From NCBI GenBank assembly GCA_963675295.2, contig CAXXKJ010000002.1, positions 4,064,001 through 4,128,000 on the forward strand: a stretch of 64,000 nucleotides of DNA, read 5' to 3'. Positions 29,023 to 39,171 of this stretch are shown piece by piece. The notes under the pieces are model-generated. The model had not been told where the DNA came from. It saw only the letters and a list, made by a program, of their open reading frames with translations, and did no database searches. Every line of letters starts with the position of its first letter. Within the stretch, counting starts at the first letter, position 1. Origin of the DNA: a bacterium. Lineage in GTDB: Bacteria; Electryoneota; Electryoneia; Electryoneales; Electryoneaceae. A program made the position numbers and the translations under genes.

Positions 29023-29762
29023 TACAGAACTGGATCATTGCGGGCGCGACCGGCGGCTTGGGATCGGCGATCGCACGCGAGCTGGCGGATCGCGGCTGCA
29101 GCCTCAGCTTGCTGGCGACGGAGAACAGCCGCGAGGTGCTCGAACAGAACGCCCGCGACCTGGGGATCCGTTCCGGCGAAGAGGTCAAGACGAAGGTCTT
29201 CGACGCCCTCGCCACCGACGACTGGTCTGCTTTGATTGACGAAATGCGCCCTGACCCGAAGGAACCGTTCGGCGTGATCTGGGCCGCCGGCGTGCTATCC
29301 CCGCAGGACGAGTTGCAGCGCGACCCGGCGCGTGCCAGGCGCGATCACCAGCTGAACTACACCGCGGCGATGGAGTTTCTCGAGAACGCGGTGACGAAGA
29401 TGAAGCCGTTGGACGAAGGCCATGTCGTCGCGCTCGGTAGCCCCGCCGGGGACCGTGGACGGCGTTCCAATTATTTCTACGGCGCGTCGAAAGCTGCGTT
29501 GCACACGTATGTGGAAGGCCTGCAGCACCGGCTGGCGACCTCGGCAATTCGTGTCACCCTGGTCAAGCCCGGTCCGACCCGCACACGCATGACCGTTGGA
29601 ATGCAGAAGCCACTTATGTCCGACCCGAAACCGCAGGCGAAACGCATCGTGCAGGCAATTCGGGACGGGAAACCGTTGATCTACACTCCGCCGATCTGGT
29701 GGCCGGTGATGTGCATGATACGTCATCTGCCCCGCATCATCTTCAACCGACTGGATTTCTGA
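29019..29762 (+). CDS. DprE2-like short-chain dehydrogenase/reductase
   Basis: GATGGLG; S.AGDRGR.SNY.YG.SKA; VKPGP..T.MT; ATGA overlap with the DprE1-like gene. Confidence 0.88.
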   Translation: MIQNWIIAGATGGLGSAIARELADRGCSLSLLATENSREVLEQNARDLGIRSGEEVKTKVFDALATDDWSALIDEMRPDPKEPFGVIWAAGVLSPQDELQRDPARARRDHQLNYTAAMEFLENAVTKMKPLDEGHVVALGSPAGDRGRRSNYFYGASKAALHTYVEGLQHRLATSAIRVTLVKPGPTRTRMTVGMQKPLMSDPKPQAKRIVQAIRDGKPLIYTPPIWWPVMCMIRHLPRIIFNRLDF

Positions 29763-30292
29763 TGGCACCTCACCGACAAGGCCTCTCCAAACCGGGTATC
29801 ACCGGTATTGAGAACGAAAACGCGGTGGGTCCTATCCGCCGATGGTTGACGAAGATCTTCGGCACCGGGCTCGGCACCGGGTATGCTCCGTACGCGCACG
29901 GCACCGCCGCCAGCGCGCTGCTGGTGTTGTTGTGGGTCGTATTTGTGCCGAAGAACCGGCTCACGGAGTGGAAGGTCGCGCTGGCGTTGAACGCGGTCAG
30001 TGTTCCGCTCAGTGCGTGGGGCGAACGGATGTGGGGCGAAGATCCTGGCCGGATCACGATTGACGAATTCGCCGGTCAGGCGATTGCGTTGACCGCGATT
30101 CCGTCTCGCAAGCTGCCGTGGCTGATCATGGGGTTCCTGCTCTTCCGCCTGTTTGATGTCTTCAAGCTGCCGTGGACCCGGCGCAATGTCGAGACCATTC
30201 CCAACGGCCTGGGTGTCACGCTCGACGATACACTTGCGGGCGTGTTCGCATGGATCGTGATCTGGATTATGCGACTAAGCCCGAAACGGTAG
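29762..30292 (+). CDS. pgpA: Phosphatidylglycerophosphatase A family lipid phosphatase
   Basis: GTG.AP...GT, DP..I.IDE..GQ, FRLFD..K..P, GV..DD.LAG; TGATG coupling to the SDR gene. Confidence 0.88.
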   Translation: MAPHRQGLSKPGITGIENENAVGPIRRWLTKIFGTGLGTGYAPYAHGTAASALLVLLWVVFVPKNRLTEWKVALALNAVSVPLSAWGERMWGEDPGRITIDEFAGQAIALTAIPSRKLPWLIMGFLLFRLFDVFKLPWTRRNVETIPNGLGVTLDDTLAGVFAWIVIWIMRLSPKR

Positions 30293-30871
30293 TTACCCCT
30301 TCTTCCCCGCCAGCACCATGTAAAGGGTCTGTCCATCCGGGAGATTCAGCTCCTCCTTGTCGAATCCGGCAGCCGGTGTCGCGGCGAGGTCGAGCGCGGT
30401 CGCCTGCAACAGGATGTTCTGCGCGACGTGCCCGGCTTCGAGGTTCAGCGAATGAATCGCACGCGCGCCGACTTTGGCCTCCATCGGTTCGATCGTTCCC
30501 GCTATCAACACCGCCACCGCCGCACGTTTCACCACCTCCTGCCCGCCGGAGAGGGTGACCAGACGCCCCATCTCCGGACCATTCGGGATCGATGAAAGCG
30601 CTTGCTCCTGCGGGTGGTAGCGGTATGCGCCCGGATCGAGACCGTCAACGCGTGCCGCGACCACGTACAACTCCAGCGGATAGACGCCGTACCCGGACGG
30701 TGCAGTGCGATGCCCGAGTTCGTCGGTGATCCCCTGCCCTGCCCACAGCAGTTGGCTCAGGTCGGACAGAGTGATCGTGTCCGGGCCGATGGCTCGGATG
30801 GTTCGACGGTTGGCGAGTGCGTGTTCCAGCGAGATGCTGCTGTGGTGTCGTGGGGCGGGCAACGAGATCAT
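30293..30871 (-). CDS. SagB/ThcOx-like nitroreductase-family protein
   Basis: [21 protein letters not shown]...YPLE.Y, EAGH.AQN..L.A. Confidence 0.9.
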   Translation of the reverse strand: MISLPAPRHHSSISLEHALANRRTIRAIGPDTITLSDLSQLLWAGQGITDELGHRTAPSGYGVYPLELYVVAARVDGLDPGAYRYHPQEQALSSIPNGPEMGRLVTLSGGQEVVKRAAVAVLIAGTIEPMEAKVGARAIHSLNLEAGHVAQNILLQATALDLAATPAAGFDKEELNLPDGQTLYMVLAGKKG

Positions 30872-31061
30872 GGTGTTCTCCTCTGCGTGCGTTCACTGCC
30901 GAAAAGGTACACACGGCGTCGTGGGTTTACTATCAGCCAGCCCGCCGCTAGGCGTTTGGACTTCTCCGTGTGGAGGTGAAACCGCTCCACCCCTGCCAGA
31001 GCCAACTCGATTTCCTATCTTCCAGCCATCACAACAACGATTACATGCGAGGGAGCGATTC

Positions 31062-32255
31062 ATGTTTGGTGAGATGCAGGAGTATCTGCAGCGTGAATTG
31101 GCGGGGATTCGTGCCGCCGGTCTGTTCAAGGAAGAACGCATCATTCAGACGCCGCAGGGTCCGCGGATTGAAGTTCCGCAGGGTGAGGTGCTCAACTTCT
31201 GCGCGAACAATTATCTCGGTCTGTCCGCGCATCCGGCGTTGATGGATGCTGCCCGGGAAGGGCTCGAGGAATGGGGCTACGGCCTTTCCAGCGTGCGCTT
31301 CATCTGCGGTACGCAGGGTGTCCACAAGCAGCTCGAGAAACGCATCTCCGACTTCCTTGTCAAGGATGACACGATCCTCTTCTCTTCGTGCTTCGATGCG
31401 AACGGCGCGTTGTTCGAGCCACTGCTTGGCCCGGAAGACGCGATCATCTCGGACGCCCTGAACCACGCGTCAATCATTGACGGGATCCGTCTCTGCAAAG
31501 CGCAGCGCTATCGTTACAAGCACGCCGACATGGCCGACCTCGAGGAACAGCTGAAGAAGGCGCAGGATCAACGGTTCCGGATGATCTTCACCGACGGCGT
31601 GTTCTCGATGGACGGCGACATGGCGAAGCTGCCGGAGATCGTGGCACTGGCGGAGAAGTACGACGCTCTGGTCGGTGTGGACGATTCCCATGCCACCGGC
31701 TTCATTGGCAAGACTGGCCGCGGCACCCCGGAACACTTCGGCGTGCTCGACAAGATCGACGTCATCACCTCGACGCTCGGCAAGGCGATGGGCGGCGCGA
31801 GCGGCGGCTTCATCTCGGGCCGGCAGGAGATTATCGACCTGCTGCGTCAGCGGGGACGTCCGTACCTGTTCAGCAATACGCTGAGCCCGGTAATCGCGAA
31901 GGGTTCGATCCGTGCCTTCGACCTGATCGATGAGTCCGAGGAGCTGATCGCCAACTTGCACCGCAACACCGATTATTTCCGCAAGGTGATGACCGACCTC
32001 GGCTTCGACATCAAGCCGGGCGAGAGTCCGATTGTTCCGATCATGATCTACGATGCCCCGAAGGCGCAGCAGTTCGCCAACCGTCTGCTCGAGGAAGGCA
32101 TTTACGTGATCGGTTTCTTCTACCCGGTGGTGCCGAAGGGCGAAGCGCGCATCCGTGTGCAGCTCAGCGCCGCGCACACTCGTGAGCAGCTCGATCTCGC
32201 GATGCGGGCGTTCGAGAAGGTCGGGCGTGAGCTCGGCGTCATTGCGGGGAATTGA
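31062..32255 (+). CDS. kbl: 2-amino-3-ketobutyrate CoA ligase (glycine C-acetyltransferase)
   Basis: [55 protein letters not shown]. Confidence 0.97.
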   Translation: MFGEMQEYLQRELAGIRAAGLFKEERIIQTPQGPRIEVPQGEVLNFCANNYLGLSAHPALMDAAREGLEEWGYGLSSVRFICGTQGVHKQLEKRISDFLVKDDTILFSSCFDANGALFEPLLGPEDAIISDALNHASIIDGIRLCKAQRYRYKHADMADLEEQLKKAQDQRFRMIFTDGVFSMDGDMAKLPEIVALAEKYDALVGVDDSHATGFIGKTGRGTPEHFGVLDKIDVITSTLGKAMGGASGGFISGRQEIIDLLRQRGRPYLFSNTLSPVIAKGSIRAFDLIDESEELIANLHRNTDYFRKVMTDLGFDIKPGESPIVPIMIYDAPKAQQFANRLLEEGIYVIGFFYPVVPKGEARIRVQLSAAHTREQLDLAMRAFEKVGRELGVIAGN

Positions 32256-32274
32256 GCGGAAGGCTTGTAGACTA

Positions 32275-32396
32275 GTCATTCCGAACGGAACGAAGAGACG
32301 TGAGGAAGAGCCAGGCTCGGATCAAGGGAAGCGTAACTGTGTCTCCGGCTTGGCTGGATCTTCCTCAGCCGTAAACAGACTCGGCTGAGGAATGAC
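32275..32396. repeat. GTCATTCC...GGAATGAC inverted-repeat element (REP/MITE-like)
   Basis: Terminal inverted repeats GTCATTCC/GGAATGAC with internal TGAGGAAGA/TCTTCCTCA and TTCCTCAGCCG/CGGCTGAGGAA stems. Confidence 0.65.
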
Positions 32397-32648
32397 GCGA
32401 AGGCCTACCCGCGAGTAGAACATCCAGTGTCGTCACAGTCGTTGTCACAATTGCAACCATTTCTCCAACCCCGGACGCCTGTTCGGGGTTGTTTTGTTGA
32501 TCCCGATTATGCGAATGGTCAGGTTAACGAGAAAGACTTCCCTCGGCTCGTGGTGGATGAAACTGCTACGATACTGAGCAACCGGCATCGGACCGAACCC
32601 TACCTTGCTGAACAGGCCCCCGAGGTTGTTTGCGTACGGAGGTGTATC

Positions 32649-34010
32649 ATGCGTCTGCCAGCCCGTTTCAGTTTGATCCTGATCCTGCTCGTCCTGGTTG
32701 CGATCCCGACGTTCGCCGATCCCGTGCAGACCGTCGCGCCGGACCGTCTGTGGATCACGGTGGACGATCACGAGGTCTGCATCCCGGCGATCTCCAGCCA
32801 TCCGCTGAACCAGGAATTGCCGGAAATCACCCGCGCGATCATCGTCAATCCGCACTACCAGCGGGAAATCGTCAACGTGTTCAATTTGCTGGCCAACTCC
32901 GCGCAGAACCATGGCGTCACCGACAACCTGCTGATCGTCGGGCTGCAGTATCTCGTCGCTACCGATGTCCTCTACCACGACCTGCCCGATGACGTGCTCT
33001 ACTGGACGTTGAACACGTGGCAATGGGGCTACGAGTCCGGGGATCTGCCCGAGTTGCCGCGTCCTGTATTTGCCAGCAGTTACACCTTCATCGACAGCAC
33101 AGCGCACCGGATCGCGGACATCTGCCCGAACCTCGAACTGCTGATGGTGATGGGGCAGTCCGCCGGAGCGGGAATGACACAGCGGTATGCCGGCGGCACG
33201 ACGTTGCCTGGCGAGTTTGACTCGTTCGCCGTCACCTTCCTCAGCTCCTGCCTCGGGCACCTGATGTATCTGAACGAGGAGCGGCGTGTACTCGGCACAA
33301 ATGACGTCTTCACCCTCCCTCCCGCCAACCAGATCGCCCGTTGTCCGGGGTACAACCTGTACCCGTACGGACTGGAGGAGTTGAACAGCTACATGGCGGC
33401 GCAGGGCGCGGACGCCATCCGGCAACGTTACCCGACCCGCTGGTTCGTCTACCTCACCGGCTCCTTCGACAACCAGCTGCTGCCGACCTTCTGCCCCGTC
33501 CTGTTCCAGGGCTTCCAACGGGTTCAGAAGCATCGTGTCTTCTGGAATTACCTCAACTATTTGTACGGTCCGGCGATCCAGTTCCGGCAGCGGATGTTCA
33601 TTGTGGACGGTGTCGGCCATTCCGCCTACGGCATCTTCAACAGCGATATCGGCCGGTTCTTCCTCTTCGACTGGAATCCGGAAGCGGCGGACGGTCCGGA
33701 CCCTTTCGCACGGCAGGTTTCCGGTGTCGAACCATCCTACGCCCCATCTCCCTCGATCCAGGTGGATACCCACCCCAACCCGTTCAACGAACAGCTGACG
33801 ATCACGGTGCACGATCCTACCGCGCGTGCGCTCAGCGTGACGCTGTACGACATCCTCGGACGTCAGACCCTCCGGCGTAACCTCCCCGCCACCAGCGGCA
33901 TCCGCAAGCTGACGATCGACGCATCGTCGTTCGCCAGCGGGATTTACGTGCTGAATGTCAGCGCCGATGGCACATCCCTCGCGAGTCAACGTATCGTGCT
34001 ATTGCGCTGA
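32649..34010 (+). CDS. Secreted alpha/beta-hydrolase with T9SS-like CTD
   Basis: GGAGG RBS, signal peptide, GQSAG nucleophile elbow, GSFD, GVGH; C-terminal HPNPFN...YDILGR...ASGIY. Confidence 0.82.
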   Translation: MRLPARFSLILILLVLVAIPTFADPVQTVAPDRLWITVDDHEVCIPAISSHPLNQELPEITRAIIVNPHYQREIVNVFNLLANSAQNHGVTDNLLIVGLQYLVATDVLYHDLPDDVLYWTLNTWQWGYESGDLPELPRPVFASSYTFIDSTAHRIADICPNLELLMVMGQSAGAGMTQRYAGGTTLPGEFDSFAVTFLSSCLGHLMYLNEERRVLGTNDVFTLPPANQIARCPGYNLYPYGLEELNSYMAAQGADAIRQRYPTRWFVYLTGSFDNQLLPTFCPVLFQGFQRVQKHRVFWNYLNYLYGPAIQFRQRMFIVDGVGHSAYGIFNSDIGRFFLFDWNPEAADGPDPFARQVSGVEPSYAPSPSIQVDTHPNPFNEQLTITVHDPTARALSVTLYDILGRQTLRRNLPATSGIRKLTIDASSFASGIYVLNVSADGTSLASQRIVLLR

Positions 34011-34132
34011 AACTGGCGGAGATCCACCAAGTGTATACACTGGTAACTGGACAGACAGAAAATCGGGCCGAACGGCACCGAACGGTAGTTTACGTCCTGT
34101 CTGCTATCGTGAATTCACATGTGGAGGTCCTA

Positions 34133-35218
34133 TTGAAGAATCGAATGGTATGGCTCGCTCTGCTCGCTGTTCCGCTGTTGTTCGCCGCCTGCGACGACAA
34201 CGGATCAAACGACACGATTACCGGGAACTCGTCCGATGATTTCATCGCGCCGGACCGTTTCACGATGACCTACGACAATCACGAGGTGATGACACCGATC
34301 GTGACCAGCCATTCTCTGGATGAGCAGCACCCGGACGTCGACCGCGTCGTGCTGTTCATCCCGGGATCGGGCAGGAATGTGATGGACAAGTTCGACATCA
34401 TGACCGGTGCCGCGGCGGACGCCGGACGCAGCGTATCCACCTGGGTCATCGGCGTGCAATTCCTCGAGAATACCGATATTGGTATGTATGACCTCGAAGC
34501 GGAGAATCTGTACTGGCAGGATGAGGCGCACTTGTGGTCGTGCGGCTATTACGCGGACGGCCAGGTTTCCGGCGATCAGCCGCCTGAGATCAGCAGCTTC
34601 ACCGTACTCGACACTCTCTGGACCCGCATCCTCGAGCAGGCCCCGAACACGGAAGTGTTTATCATGACCGGGAATTCGGCGGGTGGAAGCGCGACCCAGC
34701 ACTATGCTACCGCGACCACCATCCCGTCGCAGCATCCGAACGTAAAATTCGGTTTCCTGCCGAGCAATGTCGTGTCGGCGCTCTATTTTACCGCCGAACG
34801 CGCGGTCGCGGGAACGACGGACCAGTTCGAGATTCCGCCGGCCAGCGAAGTGGCATCCTGCCCCGGCTACAACTCGTACCCATTTGGTCTGATCGGGTTG
34901 AACGAGTACATGAGCCAGTTCTCGGATGAGGAGCTGCGTGCGCGCTATGCCGACCGGGACATGATTTATTTCGCCGGCAGCGAAGATCACTCCAACTACG
35001 GCCAGTGCCAGCTGTTGATGATGGGCGAGGACAACATCGCGCGCAACCTGGCCTATTACAACTACATCCAGCATGTGTTCGGCCCATCCATCACCGACCG
35101 TCAGCATCAGGTGGTGATCGAGGGCGCGGAACATCCCGGCCCGCAAATCTTCAACACCAGGATATACAAGGACGCCATGCTCGACTGGGTGCCGGGCACC
35201 GGCTTCGGCGGAAACTGA
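34133..35218 (+). CDS. Lipoprotein alpha/beta-hydrolase, paralog of both neighbours
   Basis: TTG start after GGAGG; lipobox LFAA/C; GNSAG, GSED, GAEH. Confidence 0.82.
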   Translation: MKNRMVWLALLAVPLLFAACDDNGSNDTITGNSSDDFIAPDRFTMTYDNHEVMTPIVTSHSLDEQHPDVDRVVLFIPGSGRNVMDKFDIMTGAAADAGRSVSTWVIGVQFLENTDIGMYDLEAENLYWQDEAHLWSCGYYADGQVSGDQPPEISSFTVLDTLWTRILEQAPNTEVFIMTGNSAGGSATQHYATATTIPSQHPNVKFGFLPSNVVSALYFTAERAVAGTTDQFEIPPASEVASCPGYNSYPFGLIGLNEYMSQFSDEELRARYADRDMIYFAGSEDHSNYGQCQLLMMGEDNIARNLAYYNYIQHVFGPSITDRQHQVVIEGAEHPGPQIFNTRIYKDAMLDWVPGTGFGGN

Positions 35219-35377
35219 GTTCCTACCGTACCAATTCCACTTGCACAGCCGCCTGTTTCGCGCGGGCGGCCGTGTCTCGATGGGTGTTGAACCGGCCATG
35301 CTTGAGCGAGATTCATTGTGCCGGTTCGTGTACCTTTCCCGCAATCCAACATGAATTTTACGGGGGTTTGGGGTCCG

Positions 35378-36502
35378 ATGAAACGTAACTGGTTGATCGT
35401 TGGTTTGATTCTGGTCATGCTGGTCGTACTGGTCGCCTGTGCCGGCAGCCAGCGCACGCGTCGCGGCGGCCGTGCCGGTGGCGGCGGACGCACGTACGGC
35501 GGTGGTGGCGGCAAGGCGGTGGTCGAAAACCTCGCGCCGGGACGCTACACGGTGAATGTTGACAACCACGAAGTCAGCACACCGATGATGGCGAGCAAGG
35601 TCGAACGTGGCAGTGCGGATATCACCCGCGTGATCTTCGTCATTCCCGCCGTCGGTCGCAATGTCGGCGGGCAGTTCCACAAGTTCAACCGTCTCGCGCG
35701 CGAAAAGGGTGTGGAAAACGAAACCCTGATCGTCGGCATGCAGTTCCTCTACGCGCAGGACATCCGTGCGTACGAGGTGGATGACAATGTGCTCTACTGG
35801 GATGAGCACGGCTGGTCGGCGGGTGACCTCTCGACGATTGAGTCGGATCTGCCGCGTCCGGTGCAGATCAGCAGCTTCACCATCCTCGACTCCGCGGTGG
35901 CGCAGGTGATCGACGAGTTTCCGAATGTGAACACGATCATTGTCACCGGCAATTCGGCGGGATCGAAGTTCACCTCACGGTATGCCGCCGGGACCCGCAT
36001 GCCGGAGCAGCATCCGGAGATCAACTTCGGCTTCATCAGCTCGAATGGGGGCACGTTCATCTACATGACGCCGGAACGCCCGCAGGAAGGTTCGATCGAC
36101 TCGTGGTTCACGCCAAACGAAGCCGACTGCGAAAAATACAACGACTACCCGATGGGGCTGGAACACCTGAACGAATACCAGTCGGTGCGTGGCGCGGACG
36201 ACATCCGCCAGACCTTCGCAACGCGGAACTATGTCTTCTTCATTGGCAGCCTCGACACCCGTCCCGACCAACCGTACTGCGCGTTCATGATCCAGGGACC
36301 GAACCGTCTCGAACGCAACAAGGCCTACTGGAACTACCTGCAGTATTACTACGGGCCGTCAATCAAGGATCATTTCCACTTCCACATTATCGAAGGCGCG
36401 GAACACAGCGGCCCGACCTACGACACCGAGATCGGGAAATTCTACCTGTTCGACTGGGTTCCCGGCGACGCGTCGACGTATGAGTACAAGGATGATATGT
36501 GA
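35378..36502 (+). CDS. Lipoprotein alpha/beta-hydrolase with Arg/Gly-rich linker
   Basis: Lipobox LVA/C; RRGGRAGGGGRTYGGGGG linker; GNSAG, GSLD, GAEH. Confidence 0.82.
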   Translation: MKRNWLIVGLILVMLVVLVACAGSQRTRRGGRAGGGGRTYGGGGGKAVVENLAPGRYTVNVDNHEVSTPMMASKVERGSADITRVIFVIPAVGRNVGGQFHKFNRLAREKGVENETLIVGMQFLYAQDIRAYEVDDNVLYWDEHGWSAGDLSTIESDLPRPVQISSFTILDSAVAQVIDEFPNVNTIIVTGNSAGSKFTSRYAAGTRMPEQHPEINFGFISSNGGTFIYMTPERPQEGSIDSWFTPNEADCEKYNDYPMGLEHLNEYQSVRGADDIRQTFATRNYVFFIGSLDTRPDQPYCAFMIQGPNRLERNKAYWNYLQYYYGPSIKDHFHFHIIEGAEHSGPTYDTEIGKFYLFDWVPGDASTYEYKDDM

Positions 36503-36643
36503 GTGGTGAGTGGTGAGTGGTGAAATGTAGGTGGCCGTGTCTGTTTACAGACGCGGACCGACTTGAGCTGGATTGATACGGGGGACAGTCGCCGCAGGGG
36601 GCTGTCCCCTTGTCGTCTCTCGTCCCTGGTCTCTTGTCTCTCG
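36499..36643. repeat. Heptamer tracts flanking a GGGGACAG..CTGTCCCC hairpin
   Basis: GTGAGTG x3; hairpin at 36581..36609; GTCTCTC-like x4. Confidence 0.7.
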
Positions 36644-36753
36644 AGCGTCGGCGTGTGGTTGCAGGAAGTCTTCCTGACGCGCCCCAGGCGCAAGAAGGAT
36701 CTCTCTTTATCCTCGTCGTATATTACCTCATCTCGAATCCACCGAGGTCCACA

Positions 36754-38280
36754 ATGAGACGCCGTTTCCTCACACTCGCCCTGATCATCCTCCCCCTGCT
36801 GATCGCGTCAGCCGCCTTCGCCCAACCTCCCGACACGTCCTGGACCAGGATCTGGGATTATCCGGATGATTACGACTACCTGGATTGTGTCCGAGCCGTA
36901 CCCGAGGGCGGCTACATCGCGACAGGTTTCGCGTTCATTGCGTTTCCGGAGGTGGTTCAGGTCTGGACGGCTCGTCTCGACGACGACGGTAACGAGATAT
37001 GGCTGCACCTCGAGGGTGGAAATGACTCAGAGGGTGGTCACTACATCGATCTGACTCCTGATGGTGGTTTCATACAGTGTGGAGAGGTTTGGTCCGAAGA
37101 ACCAGGTAATGGCTTTGATGCCATGATCCGGAAGTTGGACGCCGATGGTAACCAGGAATGGGCCCGGGCGTTGGATGGTGGAAACACCGTTGATCTTTTC
37201 TATTGTGTCCGCACCGTTCCGGCAGGAGGCTATGTCGCTTGCGGTGAAGTGGGTGATCCCACGGTCATTCGATTTGCAGAAACGGGGCATATTCTATGGG
37301 AGTGGTTTGTACCAGATCCAGATGACTCATTTGCACCAAGATGGGTTGCACCATTAGCTGATGGAGGATTCATCGTAGCCCATCATCACTATAGGCAAGA
37401 TATGGGTTTTCGATCATTGGCAATCTTTAAGCTGGATTCCAATGGAAATCTGTTGTGGATGAACGACGAACCGGAAGAAGGAAATCCTCTATATGGGTGG
37501 GCCACTTGTGCGCGAGAAGATGAATCCGGATATATCTATGTCTGCGGCTATGTTCGCCATCCAGATCCCCCATACACCTTTTATATCTCCAAACGAGATT
37601 CTAATGGTGAAGTGATCTGGGCGTTGTTCCTTGAAAATCCAGATCCTGGACTTAACGAAGATAACAAAGCATATGATATTTGTTTTCTTGCTGATGGTAA
37701 TATTGCAGTTGGAGGTCAAACACGAGGTATCGTAAATGATGATTATTTATGGTTAATCAAAGTAACGCCTGAAGGAAGTATTCTATGGATTTCGGAGATA
37801 ATTGGAGGTGAGATTACTTCCATCGATCAGGGGCGTGATGGTTCAATCGTGGCAGCTTGGACGCCACGTGAATGGACAGGAGATCACTCGGAAGCTATCG
37901 CGCTGACAGCATGGGAGCCTGAAGTGGAGGTACTGCTCAGCCCTTATGTAGACATTGTCCCACCACAAGGCAGGAGGATGCACTACCGCGCTTATGTCAG
38001 CAACATCCTCCTCGATCCGACACCGCTTGATGTCTGGGCGACAGTCACCACTCCCGCCGGGAATACGTTTCCGCTGCAGCAAATCACGGTGACGTTGCAG
38101 CCGGGTGGGACGTTTTACCGTCCAAGAGTCCCGCTCGATATCCCCGCCGCCGCACCGCCGGGGGAGTACACGTTCGAGCTGCACGTCGGCGTCGCACCAC
38201 CCGATGATCCGCCCGGCGGACCCAACGGCAGCCGTCACATGGGGCTGGGCTCGTTCACGTTTACGAAGCTTGAGCCGTAG
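36754..38280 (+). CDS. Secreted beta-propeller-like repeat protein ending in an Ig-like module, no CTD
   Basis: Signal peptide (AFA/Q); repeats of KLD..GN..W and DGG.I..G; C-terminal Ig-like module shared with three other genes here. Confidence 0.8.
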   Translation: MRRRFLTLALIILPLLIASAAFAQPPDTSWTRIWDYPDDYDYLDCVRAVPEGGYIATGFAFIAFPEVVQVWTARLDDDGNEIWLHLEGGNDSEGGHYIDLTPDGGFIQCGEVWSEEPGNGFDAMIRKLDADGNQEWARALDGGNTVDLFYCVRTVPAGGYVACGEVGDPTVIRFAETGHILWEWFVPDPDDSFAPRWVAPLADGGFIVAHHHYRQDMGFRSLAIFKLDSNGNLLWMNDEPEEGNPLYGWATCAREDESGYIYVCGYVRHPDPPYTFYISKRDSNGEVIWALFLENPDPGLNEDNKAYDICFLADGNIAVGGQTRGIVNDDYLWLIKVTPEGSILWISEIIGGEITSIDQGRDGSIVAAWTPREWTGDHSEAIALTAWEPEVEVLLSPYVDIVPPQGRRMHYRAYVSNILLDPTPLDVWATVTTPAGNTFPLQQITVTLQPGGTFYRPRVPLDIPAAAPPGEYTFELHVGVAPPDDPPGGPNGSRHMGLGSFTFTKLEP

Positions 38281-38428
38281 GGAACAGGTGAACGGATCGT
38301 GGTCGTGTGGCTGAAACCTCACGCTATTCACGCGTCACCGCTACGCGATGAACAGCAGTAGCCCCGACGAGCTTTTGTGCCGAAGGAGGCAGGCACACGT
38401 TCTCGGCCCACCTTGTTGATGACACACC

Positions 38429-38456
38429 GGGGACACTATGGGGACAAAGTGTCCCC
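38429..38456. repeat. GGGGACAC-N12-GTGTCCCC palindromic element
   Basis: GGGGACAC-TATG-GGGA-CAAA-GTGTCCCC; CCTCACA-like heptamers follow near 38510. Confidence 0.8.
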
Positions 38457-38562
38457 CCCCCAGTGTTGTACTCCCAGCCCACAGCCGCCGTACCTATCCC
38501 CGGTCTTTTCCTCACACCTCATACCTCACCACTCATTCCTGCCATCCATTTCCTCCAGGAGT

Positions 38563-38602
38563 AAATATTTCACTTGTAAAATAGTTTACGAGTAAATAAT
38601 TT
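38563..38602. promoter_or_regulatory. Probable MarR-type operator (tandem AT-rich palindromes)
   Basis: TATTTCAC-TT-GTAAAATA and ATAGTTTAC-GA-GTAAATAAT directly upstream of the MarR gene. Confidence 0.55.
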
Positions 38603-38648
38603 CCCGGCGTTCGTTTTATGAGTTGAACAAACCACGGAACCACCCCAG

Positions 38649-39149
38649 ATGAACGACCCGATGGGAGACCTGCACGGCCGGGACGACCTCCTGCTGTCGA
38701 TTGCGCCCTTGTTGATTGCCGCTGGAACCATTACCACCCGTGGCGGCAACCGTTTTGTCTTCGGACCCTACCGGCTGACCGTACACCAGTTTTCGATCCT
38801 GCATCATCTATCCGGCTGTTCGTGCAAGATGATGGAGCTGAAGGACATCATGTTCAACAGCGCGGCGAACATCACGCAGCAGGTGGACGCGCTTGAGGAA
38901 CGGGGCTGGGTACAGCGGGTGCCGTCCCCGCAGGATCGCCGGGTGACGCTGGTCGAGCTGACGCCGAAGGGGCGTGACCAGTTGGCGGCGGCGGAAAAGC
39001 ATTACATCGAGCAGATGCGGCGGTTCATGCGTGATTTTGACGATGAGCAGTTGACTCAGGTGATTTCCTTTCTGAACAAGTACATCACCCATTCCGTCGG
39101 CGTGCTGGAACGTGGTGATCTGATGACGGACGACCCGAAGGCGAGTTGA
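38649..39149 (+). CDS. MarR family transcriptional regulator
   Basis: LT..QF.IL, IT..VD.LE.RG.V.R.....DRR...V.LT.KG. Confidence 0.93.
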   Translation: MNDPMGDLHGRDDLLLSIAPLLIAAGTITTRGGNRFVFGPYRLTVHQFSILHHLSGCSCKMMELKDIMFNSAANITQQVDALEERGWVQRVPSPQDRRVTLVELTPKGRDQLAAAEKHYIEQMRRFMRDFDDEQLTQVISFLNKYITHSVGVLERGDLMTDDPKAS

Positions 39150-39171
39150 TCTGTCCCGCAGGGAGGCGGGT

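Noticed and set aside
30293-30871. SagB-like dehydrogenase as part of a thiazole/oxazole RiPP cluster
   Set aside because: Stand-alone gene; no YcaO, precursor peptide or transporter nearby.
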